Source: an uncultured Gemmatimonadaceae bacterium (GTDB lineage: Bacteria > Gemmatimonadota > Gemmatimonadetes > Gemmatimonadales > Gemmatimonadaceae). Taken from it: a DNA stretch of 64,000 nt. Under the pieces are notes generated by a model that worked only from the letters and a program-made list of their open reading frames with translations, was not told the origin of the DNA and did not search any database. The DNA lies in NCBI GenBank assembly GCA_963761305.1, contig CAVXGK010000002.1, forward strand, positions 2,880,001 to 2,944,000. The letters run 5' to 3'. The translations under genes were made by a program, and so were the position numbers. Positions 48,666-59,379 of the stretch are shown piece by piece. How positions within the stretch are numbered: position 1 is the stretch's first letter; the number at the start of each line of letters is the position of its first letter.

Positions 48666-49721
48666 TCAGGACTGCGGAAGGAGCGGTGCCAGCTCCGGAA
48701 CGGTTCGCGCTGCCGCCCAGTTGGCCATGCCGGCTTTCCAGACGAGCGTGTCACCGGTGATCGCGCCCGACGCGCGGAGACCGGCTTCGTCGACCGGGCC
48801 CCGGCGCTCGCCGCCGACGGCATAGTACCACGCGACGACGGGAAGGGGCGGCGGCTCGGCGCCATTGCGGGCACTTGCCGCGGCGACTTGCTGTCCGACC
48901 GCCGCTCCGACGCCGATCGCTATGCCGGCACCCGCGGCGCCGTTCGGATTGCGCGCCGCGTCGCGAATCGCATCGGCGCTCTGGAGACGCGTGTACTGGT
49001 CCAGGTTCCCCAACATGCTCATGCGCGTCTTCTGGTCGAGCGTCGCTTCGACTTCGGGCGGCAACGACACGTTCTCGATGACGAGCTGCGTAATCTGCAA
49101 TCCGTACAGCTGGAACTGCGGCGCCACCTGCTCTTGCACGTGCGAGCTGATCTCGGCGTACTTCGACGACAGCTCGTAGATCGACGCGCTCCCGCTCGCG
49201 AGCACGGTGCTCACCTTGGCGACGACGAGATCGCGGAGTTGATCGGCCGTTTGATCGACGCGGAAGGTCGCGTTCGTTCCGACGAGCTCTTCGACGAAGC
49301 GCCGTGAATCGGTGATGCGCACCGCGTACGTGCCGAAGGCGCGCAGTCGCACGGGACCCAGCTCCGTGTCGCGCACGATCACCGGATTCGACGTCCCCCA
49401 CTTCTGCCCAATGAACTGGCGCGTGTTGAGGTAGACCACGTCGGCCTTGAACGGACTGTCGAAACCGTACTTCCAGCCCCGCAAGCTGGAGAGGACCGGT
49501 ATGTTCGACGTGGCGAGCACGTGACGCCCCGGCTGGAACACGTCGGCGATGCGCCCCTGGTCGACGAGGATCGCGACCTGCGACTGACGCACGATGAGCT
49601 GCGCGCCGTTCTTGATCTCGTTGCCGGGCCGAGAAAAGCGCCACGCCATGGTGTCATCGGTGTCGTCGACCCATTCGATGATGTCGATCAGTTCGCCGGA
49701 GAGGAAATCGCGCAGCGTCAT
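48666..49721 (-). CDS. SPFH domain protein (YdjI-like) with C-terminal GYF_2/DUF4339 domain
   Basis: IDIIEW, EIKNGAQLIVR..Q, PG...L.T.N.P, KWGT..P, RAFG; WYYA..GERRGP...TLVWK.GM..W...VPEL. Confidence 0.88.
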   Translation of the reverse strand: MTLRDFLSGELIDIIEWVDDTDDTMAWRFSRPGNEIKNGAQLIVRQSQVAILVDQGRIADVFQPGRHVLATSNIPVLSSLRGWKYGFDSPFKADVVYLNTRQFIGQKWGTSNPVIVRDTELGPVRLRAFGTYAVRITDSRRFVEELVGTNATFRVDQTADQLRDLVVAKVSTVLASGSASIYELSSKYAEISSHVQEQVAPQFQLYGLQITQLVIENVSLPPEVEATLDQKTRMSMLGNLDQYTRLQSADAIRDAARNPNGAAGAGIAIGVGAAVGQQVAAASARNGAEPPPLPVVAWYYAVGGERRGPVDEAGLRASGAITGDTLVWKAGMANWAAARTVPELAPLLPQS

Positions 49722-49733
49722 GGGCGGTTCTCG

Positions 49734-50492
49734 TTAGGAGAAGAGAGTTTTCAGGACGAAGTGAAGCGTCGCGGTGGCCAGGTCGTCCGAATGCGCGCCG
49801 CCGTTCGACCCGGCTGTCAGGGGGAGCGTGAAGCCCGCCGAAAACGCCGACGTCGCGACCGACACGCTCGGATCCAGTCCGATCGCCGAGAGCTGCGACG
49901 CCTTTCGCTCGGCGTCGGACGCGCGCATGCGATCGAGTCCGCCGTTTGCCACGAACTGCAACACGCCGCGAAGCTCGTCGCGCTCGAACCACACACCGTG
50001 GTTCTTGCAGACGTCGATGATGATCCCCGACATCTTTCCGAAATTCACGCGGTTCATGACTTTGTCGCAGACCGCGCAATGGACGTAGCGTATTCTGGCG
50101 GCGCCTGGCGCCTGTGCCGCCGCCGCTCCCGCGCCGAGCGAAGTGAGGACGGTGCCGCGCGCCTCGCGATCGCTGCATAGTGACGCGAAGTCGCCCGGCG
50201 CGAGCCACGCACTCCCGCATTGGTCGCATTGATGGAGCGGCGCCGGTCCCAGCTTGACGGGATGCATCTCGCCGGAACAGCCGGGACATTTGAGCGACTT
50301 GCCGTCCGCGGCGTCGGGCGCTTCGATCTTGGTGCCGCAGTGCGGGCAGAACTGCGCGCCGACGAACATCGAGCCGAAACACGACGGGCACGCGACGACC
50401 GCGAGGCGTGAGCCGCAGTAGTCGCAGCGAGTCGCGTCAGTGGCTGCTGGGGCGCCGCAGTTGGGGCAGTTGAGCGACGAGGCGGGGGGCAT
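49734..50492 (-). CDS. Multi-zinc-ribbon (zf-TFIIB-like) protein
   Basis: Seven CxxC motifs plus D.C..HGVWF...EL. Confidence 0.82.
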   Translation of the reverse strand: MPPASSLNCPNCGAPAATDATRCDYCGSRLAVVACPSCFGSMFVGAQFCPHCGTKIEAPDAADGKSLKCPGCSGEMHPVKLGPAPLHQCDQCGSAWLAPGDFASLCSDREARGTVLTSLGAGAAAAQAPGAARIRYVHCAVCDKVMNRVNFGKMSGIIIDVCKNHGVWFERDELRGVLQFVANGGLDRMRASDAERKASQLSAIGLDPSVSVATSAFSAGFTLPLTAGSNGGAHSDDLATATLHFVLKTLFS

Positions 50493-50575
50493 CGGCGTGG
50501 GTGGGTCGTCTGAGGAGGCGCGCCACGAGGCGCCGCCTCCGGACGAAGACGACCACGCCGGATGCCCGGCAACCG

Positions 50576-53500
50576 CTACGGCTTCTTGCCCTTGCCGATC
50601 GCGCGGTAGTACTCCTCGACGTTCTGCTTGTACGCCGGCGGAACGTCGCCCGACCGCTCGAGCAGCACGCGCGTCGAATCGGATTCGCCCAGCTTGCGAC
50701 GGAGTCCGAATTCGAAATCCTTGAAGCCCTCGATTGTCTTGGCGCGCAAGTCGGTCGAGATGCGCGTATCCTCGAGCGTGTGCGCGTTGGTGAGCTGGCG
50801 CAGGTTGTCGATCGCCTGATCGAGCTCCTTGGTCGCGAGGCCTTGGCGCTGCAGCTCGGTGCGCAGCGCCTGAGCGTCGGCGAGACGCTGCTGCGCCTCT
50901 TTGCTGAATTGCTGCGCGTCGCCGGGCGAGAGACGACCGTTCGGCACACCGCCGCCCGGCATCCCGTTGGGATTCAGCGCGCCATTACCAGGTTGGGCCT
51001 GCTGTGAGCCGGGGCGACCATTGCCCTGTCCCGAACCCTGACCTTGACCCTGACCTTGCTGCCCTTGTTGGCCCTGACCCTGACCTTGCCCCTGCTGTCC
51101 TTGCTGGCCCTTGCCCTGACCCTGACCTTGCTGGCCCTGATTGCCTTGGGCCTGACCCTGCCCTTGCTGTCCTTGCGCTCCCTGTGCCTGTCCCTGGCCT
51201 TGCTGCCCGCGCTGGCCCTGCCCTTGTCCTTGGCCCTGTTGTCCTTGTTGTCCTTGCGCCTGTCCCTGACCGCGCTGGCCCTGCTCGGATTGACCTTGGC
51301 CCTGCTGTCCGGACTGGCCTTGCTGCAAACGACGACCTTGATCGGCACCCTGTCCCGCAGCGCCGCCTTGTTCCGCACGTTGACGCATCCGCTCGTCCAT
51401 CGACTCGAGGCCGCGCACGAGGTCGCGCGTCTTGTCGGCCGCCTGTGATTGCTGGCGCTGTCCGTTGCCGTTCTGCCCGGCCGTCTGCGCCTGCTGCAAC
51501 CGCTGTCCGAGGTCGGCGATGTCCGACGCGATCTGCGGCTCGGTCGAGTTGAGCCATTCCGCCGGCGCGGTGCGCGCGGCGCCCGCTGAATAGCGCAGCT
51601 TCTCTTCGGTCTTTCGTCCGCGCAACGTGTCCGCGGCGCCACCCAGCGCGCGTGAAAGATCCTTCTGATCGCGGCGCGAGTCGTTCGACATGCGATCGAG
51701 CTGCGACTTGAGGTCCTTCACGCCGTCGGCCATCGCGCTCTTCTGATCGGAGATCGACTGCTGAAGCTCGCGCTGCTGCTGCTGCCCCGCGCCCGACGCG
51801 CCGCCGCCGGCCTGACCTTGCGTGAGCTTCTGTTCGTCGGACTGAACCTTCTTCTCCTGATCGGCGAGCTGCTGCGCCTTCTTCATCGCGTCGTTGAGAT
51901 CGCGCGACGAACGGCCATCGCGCTCCTGATCGAGTAGCCGGCGAGCGTCGTTGATCGCCTTCTCGGCCTGCGCGGCGTCGCCCTGTCCGCGATTGCCGTT
52001 GGCGGCGGCGCGGCGCATCGCGTCGGCCGCATCCTGCAAACGGCGCGCGGCGTCGGCCAATGACTGATTCTGTTGCTCGCGCGAGAGCCGCTCGAGCTTG
52101 TGCGCCTCGTCTTCCGTCTGCTGCGCCAGATCGCGCTGACCCTGTCCGCCCGACGCGCCCGACTGGCCCATACGGCTCAAGCTGTCGGCCTTGGCGCGTG
52201 CGCGCTCGTTCTCCTGCTGCTGCCGCGCCGCGAGCTGCCGGAGCTTCTCGGCCGTCTCGTCGACCTGATTGTCGGCTTGCTGCTGTTGCTGCTCCTGCTG
52301 GCCACGCTGCACGGTCTCGTACTGGTTTCGGACCTTGTCTTTTTGCAGTTCGAAGATGTCGGCGAGGTCCTGCGCGTCCGTCTTGTTGCCACCTCCACCG
52401 CCTCCGCCACCTCCTCCCATGGACACCTGGATGTCATGGAACACAGCCTCCGCGCGCTGCAACTGCGCGAGCGCGCGCTGCTCGGGCTGCAACGCCGACG
52501 TCGGCGCACCTTTGGTCAGATTCTTCTCCGCGGTGTCCATCTCGGCGGCGGCCTTCGGCAGGATCTGCGCGATCTTGCTCCAGTTGCTGTCGCCCTGCGC
52601 GATGCCACGCTCGACGAGACGGCTCGCCAGCTGGCTCGTTTGCTCGCGGAGCCGCTGCTGCGAGAGACGCAGCGTCGCGAGATTCTCGTCGAGCGATTTC
52701 TTGTCGGTCTGCAAGCTGTCGCGCGCCGTCTTGAACGTCGCGGCGATGATCTCGCGCTCCGTCTGCGAGAGCTGGTTGGCATCGTTCTGCTGACCACCAC
52801 CGCCCCCGCCGCCACCACCGCCCTGTTGCTGGCGGTAGTCGTTCTCGAACGGCCGAACCTGCAGGAAGTAGATGTCGGTCGACGCGCCCTGCGCACCGGC
52901 CACGGCGTTGTTGTCGGTGGCGTGGGCGTAGTACGACACGACGTCGCCCGGCTCGAGCTTCATTCCTTCGAGCATGAAGGTGTAGCCGGCGGAGATGTCC
53001 TTGATCGCCTTCGCGCCGTCGTGCAGCGACATCGTTTGATCCGCGCCGCCGTTCACCGAGAAGTGCAGATCGACTTTCGCGACGCCGTAGTCGTCCTGCG
53101 CGCGGACTTCGGTGTACACCTCGTCGACGGAGAGCACCTTCGTGTCGCGTCCCGGTTTCGTGAACTGAATCGTCGGCGGTCGATCGGGCAACACGTCGAT
53201 CGTGTAGTTGAGCGAGCCGGTGACCATGCGGCCGTCGGGCCCTTGGAGCTCGACCTTGTAGAAACCGGGTTTGTCGACGCGAAGCATCGCCATCAGCTTG
53301 CCGTCATCGGTCGGCACGAGCTTGAGCGTGTCGCCGCCCTCGACGATGATGCGGCCGCCGTTGGACGGCACCGTGGGCGCGACGCGCACGCGGACAATGG
53401 TGCCCTTGAGCGCCGCGATGTCGCCCGTGCTGTCGACGTCGCTCGGCGGCAGCTGCGTGTACGCCGGATATCGATACTGAAGATCGATCTGCTTGACGAA

Positions 53501-54373
53501 CGGCAGATTCGAGACGTCGAGCGTGTACGTGTTCGACCGCACGCCGTTCGCTTCGACCGAGTACTGCGTCTTCGATCCGATGTCGAACAGACGAAACGCG
53601 AACACGCCGTTCGAGTCGGGCGTCATCGGCAACCGCGTCCACGTCGTCGAGTCAGCCGGACGCACCAATAGCTCGACGCGATCCGACTGGAACCCGCGCA
53701 GATTCGCCGAAATCATCTCGTCGCCGCCCTTGGCGACTGTCGCGTTGCCGGGTTCGACGGCGATGCTGAACAACGTCGACGCAGCGTCACCGCGCCACGG
53801 AAGAGCGACCAGCTTGAGTCCGTTCCTCAGCGCCGGCGGCCCGAAGATGGTGAGCAGCAGCGCGGCGCCGATCACGGCGGCCAGAATGCCGCCGTTGGCC
53901 TTGAGCTCTCCGGCGTCGATCGCCTTGCCGTCGCCGGCGAGTCGCACGCGCTCGAGCGCCGTGGTGGTCAGCCGGTCGATCAACGCCGGCGAGCGCACCG
54001 GCAGAGTCGACGCGCGTTCGCTGTTCTGCATCTCGACCGCGGTGATGACGCTCGCCTTGAGCGAACGCTCGTGCTCTTCGAGATACAGTGCGACCTGCTC
54101 GTCGTGCAGCCTGGGCAGCAGCGGGCGAATGACGAACCACACCAGCATTCCCAGAATCGCCGCGATCGCGACGATGCGGACGCCGAGCACGACGGCGTCG
54201 TTGTAGTGGAAGGCGTTCATCACGATGCCGCCGAGGGCCACCAGCGCCCATCCCGCGGCCAGGGTGATCGTGGCGCCGCGCAGCGCGAGCTTGGCGCGGT
54301 AGCGTGTGCGTACGCCGCGCACGACGTCGAGAAGCTGCGACTGCTCGCGACCGGTTCCGTGAACGCTTTCCAT
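50576..54373 (-). CDS. Large membrane-anchored Ig-like/coiled-coil protein (DUF4175-like)
   Basis: 3 N-terminal TMs; YP.YT, D.PP.I....PGRD, A.DDYGV and A.DN motifs; long Gln-rich coiled coil; VPP.Y...VEEYY..I C-terminus. Confidence 0.8.
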   Translation of the reverse strand: MESVHGTGREQSQLLDVVRGVRTRYRAKLALRGATITLAAGWALVALGGIVMNAFHYNDAVVLGVRIVAIAAILGMLVWFVIRPLLPRLHDEQVALYLEEHERSLKASVITAVEMQNSERASTLPVRSPALIDRLTTTALERVRLAGDGKAIDAGELKANGGILAAVIGAALLLTIFGPPALRNGLKLVALPWRGDAASTLFSIAVEPGNATVAKGGDEMISANLRGFQSDRVELLVRPADSTTWTRLPMTPDSNGVFAFRLFDIGSKTQYSVEANGVRSNTYTLDVSNLPFVKQIDLQYRYPAYTQLPPSDVDSTGDIAALKGTIVRVRVAPTVPSNGGRIIVEGGDTLKLVPTDDGKLMAMLRVDKPGFYKVELQGPDGRMVTGSLNYTIDVLPDRPPTIQFTKPGRDTKVLSVDEVYTEVRAQDDYGVAKVDLHFSVNGGADQTMSLHDGAKAIKDISAGYTFMLEGMKLEPGDVVSYYAHATDNNAVAGAQGASTDIYFLQVRPFENDYRQQQGGGGGGGGGGQQNDANQLSQTEREIIAATFKTARDSLQTDKKSLDENLATLRLSQQRLREQTSQLASRLVERGIAQGDSNWSKIAQILPKAAAEMDTAEKNLTKGAPTSALQPEQRALAQLQRAEAVFHDIQVSMGGGGGGGGGGNKTDAQDLADIFELQKDKVRNQYETVQRGQQEQQQQQADNQVDETAEKLRQLAARQQQENERARAKADSLSRMGQSGASGGQGQRDLAQQTEDEAHKLERLSREQQNQSLADAARRLQDAADAMRRAAANGNRGQGDAAQAEKAINDARRLLDQERDGRSSRDLNDAMKKAQQLADQEKKVQSDEQKLTQGQAGGGASGAGQQQQRELQQSISDQKSAMADGVKDLKSQLDRMSNDSRRDQKDLSRALGGAADTLRGRKTEEKLRYSAGAARTAPAEWLNSTEPQIASDIADLGQRLQQAQTAGQNGNGQRQQSQAADKTRDLVRGLESMDERMRQRAEQGGAAGQGADQGRRLQQGQSGQQGQGQSEQGQRGQGQAQGQQGQQGQGQGQGQRGQQGQGQAQGAQGQQGQGQAQGNQGQQGQGQGKGQQGQQGQGQGQGQQGQQGQGQGQGSGQGNGRPGSQQAQPGNGALNPNGMPGGGVPNGRLSPGDAQQFSKEAQQRLADAQALRTELQRQGLATKELDQAIDNLRQLTNAHTLEDTRISTDLRAKTIEGFKDFEFGLRRKLGESDSTRVLLERSGDVPPAYKQNVEEYYRAIGKGKKP
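51025..51365 (-). repeat. Gln/Gly low-complexity coding repeat (GQQGQGQ)n
   Basis: About 100 aa of imperfect QG repeats inside the 1265-aa CDS. Confidence 0.85.
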
Positions 54374-54397
54374 TTCTTGCCCCCTTACCGACCTGCG

Positions 54398-56485
54398 TCA
54401 GCTCGTCGCGCGGGACAGGCGATTCGACACCGCCGTCTCGCCGGCCAAAACCAGCACCGCGACGAGCAAGAGATACCACCACAGCCGCTGGCGCCGCTCC
54501 TGATCTTGCGGCGTCGCGACGTTGAAGTCACTCCCTGCCTGCTCTTGAGCCTTCGCCGACGTCACCGCGGCGACGACGTCTTGCGGATCGAGATGCGAGA
54601 GATCCGACTCCGACGCATCCACGTTTACCGCGATCGGCCGTCCGCTCCCGACCGGTGTGTCGCGGCCGCGCAATTCGTAGAATCCGCGCTCGTGCAACGT
54701 GACCAGATGATTCGGTCCCGTTGCCGTCACGCGCCGTTTCACGCCCGACGGCGACTCGATCGTCAGTTCGGTGAGCGTGTCCGCGGCGCGTCCGCCGAGG
54801 AACGGCGCCGTGAGCTCGCCGTGCCGCGAAAGATCCAACACTTCGCCCGTCACGAACGACGGACGCGGATCGATGTACCGGCCGGCATGTTTGCCGAGTT
54901 GATGCACGAACGGCAGAAACACGGGCTGGAGCGGCAAGTTCGTCCAGTAGGAATCGAGACTCGACGCCCACACGACGACTCGGCCGATGCCGACCGGCCG
55001 TTCGACGAGCGCCGGGGATCCGTCGTCGAATCGCGCCGAGACCGACGCGCCCGGCGCCGCCGTCAAAGCCCGATACCTATAAAAGCGCGCCGTCGTGAAA
55101 TCGCCGCTGCGCGGCGCACTGAACAACTCGAACACCGGGCTCGCGTAGTCGATCGACGACAGCGTGCCGCCGGCGTCCGCCGTGCGATCGACGACTTGGC
55201 CGATCGTCGCGGGCAGTAGCGCACGCCACGCCTGCGGCCAAGTCTCCGTGCGTTCAGTGCCCGGCACGAACACGATGCCGCCGCCATCGTTCACGATCGC
55301 CTTCAAGTGTTCGCCGAGCGGACTGGCCGGCGCGGGCGGCGCGACTTCGTCGAGCACGACCAGCGAGCGTCCGTCCAGATCGCGTGGCGTGATCTCGGTG
55401 ATGGACTTCACGTCGACGCGGAAGCTCGGCCGGTCGCCGATCGACAACGCTCGGCTCACGTACAGGCTTTGGTTCGGGCGCGCCGTCGCCGGCTCGACGA
55501 TCAGCACGGGAACGGCCGCGTCGGGTGCAATTGTGAAGTTGCTCACGTCGTCGAGCGTCAGTGAATCCGGCGTGATGCTCACCGACGCTTTCGTCGGACC
55601 GTTCGGCACCGGGATGGACGTGAATGCCACCTGAAGGGCGCCGCTGGCCGGCACGTTGACGTGCTGCGTCTGCACCGCGCGGCCGCCCACCGAAAGCGTC
55701 GCGGCGATGGGGCGCGCGGTCCTGCCGGTGTTGATGAGCCGCGTGGCGACGGTAACGTGATCGCGTACGCCATTGCTGTCGCGGTCGGTCACCGGCTGCG
55801 TCACGGCGACGTCCGACGCCGACGCGCCGCCGACGTCGATCGGCGTGACGACCGTACCCTGCGGGAAGACGATCTCGTTGTGATTCGCCCAGGCGTTCTT
55901 CTGGAAATCGGAGACGACGACGACTTCGCGCTGCGGCAGCGTCGACGCCGAGACAATCTGCGCTGCGAGCTTGAGCGCCGGCGCGAACTTGGTGCCCTCG
56001 TCGCCCAGCTTCGCGGCGCCGATCGCCGCGGCGACGCGATCCGGCGTCGCCATCGGTTCGCTGGCGACGGATGCGTCGTCGTCGAACAGCACAAGCGTCG
56101 CCCGGTCGGTACCGGCGAGCGAGCGCACGGCCTTGCGGGCGGCCGCCTGCGCGCGCGACCAGCGATCTCCGTACGCCATGCTCGCCGAGCGGTCGAGCAG
56201 TACGACGACTTCCTTGGCGCCGCTGGTGCCGATCGCGGCTTGGTGTCGCGCGAAGAACGGCCGGGCGAATGCGGCGACGAGCAGGGCGAGCGCCGCGCAG
56301 CGCAGGGCGAGCAGCAACAGATGTCGCAGCTTCTGGCGGCGCACTGATCGGTACGGAATGCGCTGCAGGAACATCAGCGACGGAAACTCGACGACGACGC
56401 GGCGCTCGCGGTGGATCAAATGAATGATCACCGGCACGGCGATCGCGGCGAGACCGGCGAGGAACGCGGGGGCGAGGAAATTCAC
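54398..56485 (-). CDS. BatA + vWA domain membrane protein
   Basis: FL.P..L.GL....P.IIHL...FPSLMFL (BatA); MIDAS DRSASM; SDFQ; N..A.ESDL; C-terminal LW..LL..TM with E. Confidence 0.88.
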   Translation of the reverse strand: MNFLAPAFLAGLAAIAVPVIIHLIHRERRVVVEFPSLMFLQRIPYRSVRRQKLRHLLLLALRCAALALLVAAFARPFFARHQAAIGTSGAKEVVVLLDRSASMAYGDRWSRAQAAARKAVRSLAGTDRATLVLFDDDASVASEPMATPDRVAAAIGAAKLGDEGTKFAPALKLAAQIVSASTLPQREVVVVSDFQKNAWANHNEIVFPQGTVVTPIDVGGASASDVAVTQPVTDRDSNGVRDHVTVATRLINTGRTARPIAATLSVGGRAVQTQHVNVPASGALQVAFTSIPVPNGPTKASVSITPDSLTLDDVSNFTIAPDAAVPVLIVEPATARPNQSLYVSRALSIGDRPSFRVDVKSITEITPRDLDGRSLVVLDEVAPPAPASPLGEHLKAIVNDGGGIVFVPGTERTETWPQAWRALLPATIGQVVDRTADAGGTLSSIDYASPVFELFSAPRSGDFTTARFYRYRALTAAPGASVSARFDDGSPALVERPVGIGRVVVWASSLDSYWTNLPLQPVFLPFVHQLGKHAGRYIDPRPSFVTGEVLDLSRHGELTAPFLGGRAADTLTELTIESPSGVKRRVTATGPNHLVTLHERGFYELRGRDTPVGSGRPIAVNVDASESDLSHLDPQDVVAAVTSAKAQEQAGSDFNVATPQDQERRQRLWWYLLLVAVLVLAGETAVSNRLSRATS

Positions 56486-56493
56486 CTGGAGTC

Positions 56494-57450
56494 CTATCGC
56501 ACCCGGTTGAAGTTCTGCCGCGACGCGAGGAACGAGAACAGCGCGCGGTCGAGCGGCTTCGACGTGTCGAACAGCGCGTAGTCGGCGCGCGATTCACCGA
56601 TCCGCTTCGACAACGCGTCGGTGTGCTGCGCGACGATCTGGCGATACTGCTTGCGCAGGTATTCGGGGATGATCGGCATCTTCACCCCGGTTTCCATGTC
56701 GATGAAGTTGCTCGCGTCGGAGAACGAGAAGTCGATCTCGCGCGGGTCGAGGAGTTGGAACACGATCAAGTCGTTGCCGCGCCCGCGCAGATTCGCCAGC
56801 GCGCGCAGCACCTCGTCCGGATCCTCGTAGAGATCCGAGATCAACACGACGAGACTCCGCCGGCGCAGCGATTCGGACAGCTTCTTGAGCGGCGGCTGAA
56901 GCAATGTCTGGCCCGGCGCGGGCTTCGCGTCGCGCGAGCCGCTCTCGATGCGCTCCAGCGACTGCAACACGAGCTGCAGATGCTTGGCCGACGGCGGCAC
57001 GTAGTCCACGATGTCGCGATCGAACGCGGCAAAGCCCACGCGGTCTCGCTGCAGACTCGAGAAATACGTGAGGCACGCCGCCAGATAACATCCGTAGGTC
57101 AGCTTCGACACTCGACCCGACTCGCCCATTCCGGTGCTGCCGCCGTACCGCATCGACGGCGACACGTCGAGCAGGACGAGGAAATTGGTATTCGTGTCGG
57201 CCTCGTACTCCTTCACGAAGTGCCGGTCGGTGCGCGCGTAGAGCCGCCAATCGATGCGCCTGATGTCGTCGCCCGGCATGTACGCGCGATGCTCGGCGAA
57301 GTCCGTCGACGATCCAAGGTGCGGCGAACGATGCAGGCCGTTGATGAAACCTTCGACGACGACCTTCGCCAGCAGCTCGAGATTCCCGATCCGCGCGAGG
57401 ACCGCGGGATCGAGAAAACTGGTGGGCTGGGTCGTGACTGCGGTTGCCAT
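56494..57450 (-). CDS. DUF58 domain protein
   Basis: G.HRS...G...DFAEHR.Y.PGDD.R.IDW, VK.YE..T, DVSPSM and ISD motifs. Confidence 0.93.
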   Translation of the reverse strand: MATAVTTQPTSFLDPAVLARIGNLELLAKVVVEGFINGLHRSPHLGSSTDFAEHRAYMPGDDIRRIDWRLYARTDRHFVKEYEADTNTNFLVLLDVSPSMRYGGSTGMGESGRVSKLTYGCYLAACLTYFSSLQRDRVGFAAFDRDIVDYVPPSAKHLQLVLQSLERIESGSRDAKPAPGQTLLQPPLKKLSESLRRRSLVVLISDLYEDPDEVLRALANLRGRGNDLIVFQLLDPREIDFSFSDASNFIDMETGVKMPIIPEYLRKQYRQIVAQHTDALSKRIGESRADYALFDTSKPLDRALFSFLASRQNFNRVR

Positions 57451-57463
57451 GTCTGCGATCGTC

Positions 57464-58507
57464 CTACATGCCCGATTTGGGGAGCGGCACCGCGCGCAGC
57501 AGCTTCTCGATGATCTGATCCGACGTCACGTGCTCCGACTGCGCGTGGAAATTCGTGAGCACGCGGTGACGAAGCACCGGCTTCGCCAGTGCGCGGATGT
57601 CGTCGAAGCTCACGTTGTAGCGGGCGTCCATCAGCGCGCGCGCCTTGCCGCCGAGGATGAGATGCTGCGGCGCGCGCGTGCTGGCGCCGTACGACACCCA
57701 CTGCTTGATGAAGTCCGGCGCGTTGGGACCGGGCCGGCTCGTGCGCGCGAGGCTGACGGCGTAGCGAGCGACGGGTTCCGCGATCGGCACGCGACGGATG
57801 AGTTGCTGGAACTCGACGATGTCGTCGCCGGTCACGGCGTGCTGGAAGCGAGGGTTCTGCACCGCCGTCGTCTGCGTCGCAACGCGGACCTCATCGTCTT
57901 CCGGCAGATAGTCCATCACGATGTGGAACATGAATCGATCGAGCTGCGCTTCGGGCAGCGGATACGTGCCTTCGAGCTCGATCGGGTTCTGCGTGGCGAA
58001 GACGTGGAACGGCTCCTTGAGTGTGTACGTCTTCCCTTGCACCGTGACGCGGTGCTCCTGCATCGCCTCGAGTAGCGCGGCCTGCGTCTTGGGCGGCGTG
58101 CGGTTGATTTCGTCGGCGAGGACGATGTTGGCGAAGATCGGTCCCGGCGTGAACACGAGCCGCCGTCCGCCCGTCTCCGGGTCGTCCTGGATGATGTCCG
58201 TGCCGGTGATGTCGCTCGGCATCAAGTCCGGCGTGAACTGAATGCGCGAGAACTTGAGGTCGAGCACCTGCGACACGGTGTTGATCAGCAGCGTCTTGGC
58301 CAAGCCCGGCACGCCGACGATCAGGCTGTTGCCGCCCGTGAACAGCGACAGCAGCACGAGCTCGATCACGTCTTCCTGGCCGACGATCAGCTTGTGCAGC
58401 TCGGCGATGATCTGATCGTGTCCGGTCTTGAGCCGGTCGGCGAGCGCGATGTCGTCGTGTGATTCGAGTGCCGGTGCCTTAATCGAAGGCGAGATCGTCG
58501 AGGCCAA
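57464..58507 (-). CDS. moxR: MoxR family AAA+ ATPase
   Basis: GVPGLAKT, RIQFTPDLMPSD, LADEINRTPPKTQAALL and ATQNPIE.EGTYPLPEAQLDRF motifs. The start (TTG 58507) is uncertain. Confidence 0.93.
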   Translation of the reverse strand: MASTISPSIKAPALESHDDIALADRLKTGHDQIIAELHKLIVGQEDVIELVLLSLFTGGNSLIVGVPGLAKTLLINTVSQVLDLKFSRIQFTPDLMPSDITGTDIIQDDPETGGRRLVFTPGPIFANIVLADEINRTPPKTQAALLEAMQEHRVTVQGKTYTLKEPFHVFATQNPIELEGTYPLPEAQLDRFMFHIVMDYLPEDDEVRVATQTTAVQNPRFQHAVTGDDIVEFQQLIRRVPIAEPVARYAVSLARTSRPGPNAPDFIKQWVSYGASTRAPQHLILGGKARALMDARYNVSFDDIRALAKPVLRHRVLTNFHAQSEHVTSDQIIEKLLRAVPLPKSGM

Positions 58508-58527
58508 GAGAAATCTCGGTTGAAGTG

Positions 58528-59379
58528 TTAGTGCGTCAGCGCGTAGACCACGTAATTGATGCCCAGCTTGTAGATCTCGTTCGCCTGTGACACGGGCACG
58601 AAGCCGGCGGCGGACCACTGCCACGACTCGCCGATGTCGTCATCGACGTTGGCGAGCACCATCATTCGCTTCTTCGGGTCGTTGTCCTGATAGATCGTCC
58701 AGTACGTCGGCGGGCGCGTCCCGTACGCCGACGTCGACGGCCAGACGACGGCCGACTTCATGTCGATGTCGAAGAACGAATGAAAGATCGCCTCGTCGCC
58801 GTTGAGCTGGACCCACTTCGCGTTCGGGATCGCCGCCGCCATGATCTCGCGCAGATGCGACCAGTCGTAGTCGCCGCGCCAGTCCTCGCGGAAATCGTCG
58901 AAGATCATGAAGCCGCCCTTCAACAGATACGAGCGAAGCGCGGCGACCTCCTTCCCCGACGGATGCCAGCCCCCGGGCTCGGACAGGTAGCTCACCGGAT
59001 ACTTGAATAGAAGCGGGTCGTCCACCGCGACGAGCACGCTACCCACCATCGGCCCCTGTTCGATGAACGGCCGGATATTGGTGACGTCGCGGAGGATCTT
59101 CGCAAAATTCTCTTCGGCGTCCGGATAGTCGTGCGCCCATCCCGGACCTTCTCGCCCGGCCCAGTGCTCGAAGCCCTTGTATCGCACGCGCGCGAAGGTG
59201 AACCGGCCGTCGTACGGAACGTTCCCGACAAAGGCAGGCGGCTCGTACATGTCTTCCGCACCACCGAAGTAGTTGTTGAAACCGCTGCCGCCGCGCTTTG
59301 GGCGCGTCTGACCGTGCACCGCGCCGAAGGCGACGGCGCTCAGCGCGCACGCGACGACGGCGATCCTGCATCGGTTCAC
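58528..59379 (-). CDS. DUF4159 domain protein, secreted
   Basis: Signal peptide; FTFAR..Y, W.HDYP.A, YP..Y.SEPG, LR.YL.KGGF..FDDF and GIN...YALTH motifs. Confidence 0.88.
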   Translation of the reverse strand: MNRCRIAVVACALSAVAFGAVHGQTRPKRGGSGFNNYFGGAEDMYEPPAFVGNVPYDGRFTFARVRYKGFEHWAGREGPGWAHDYPDAEENFAKILRDVTNIRPFIEQGPMVGSVLVAVDDPLLFKYPVSYLSEPGGWHPSGKEVAALRSYLLKGGFMIFDDFREDWRGDYDWSHLREIMAAAIPNAKWVQLNGDEAIFHSFFDIDMKSAVVWPSTSAYGTRPPTYWTIYQDNDPKKRMMVLANVDDDIGESWQWSAAGFVPVSQANEIYKLGINYVVYALTH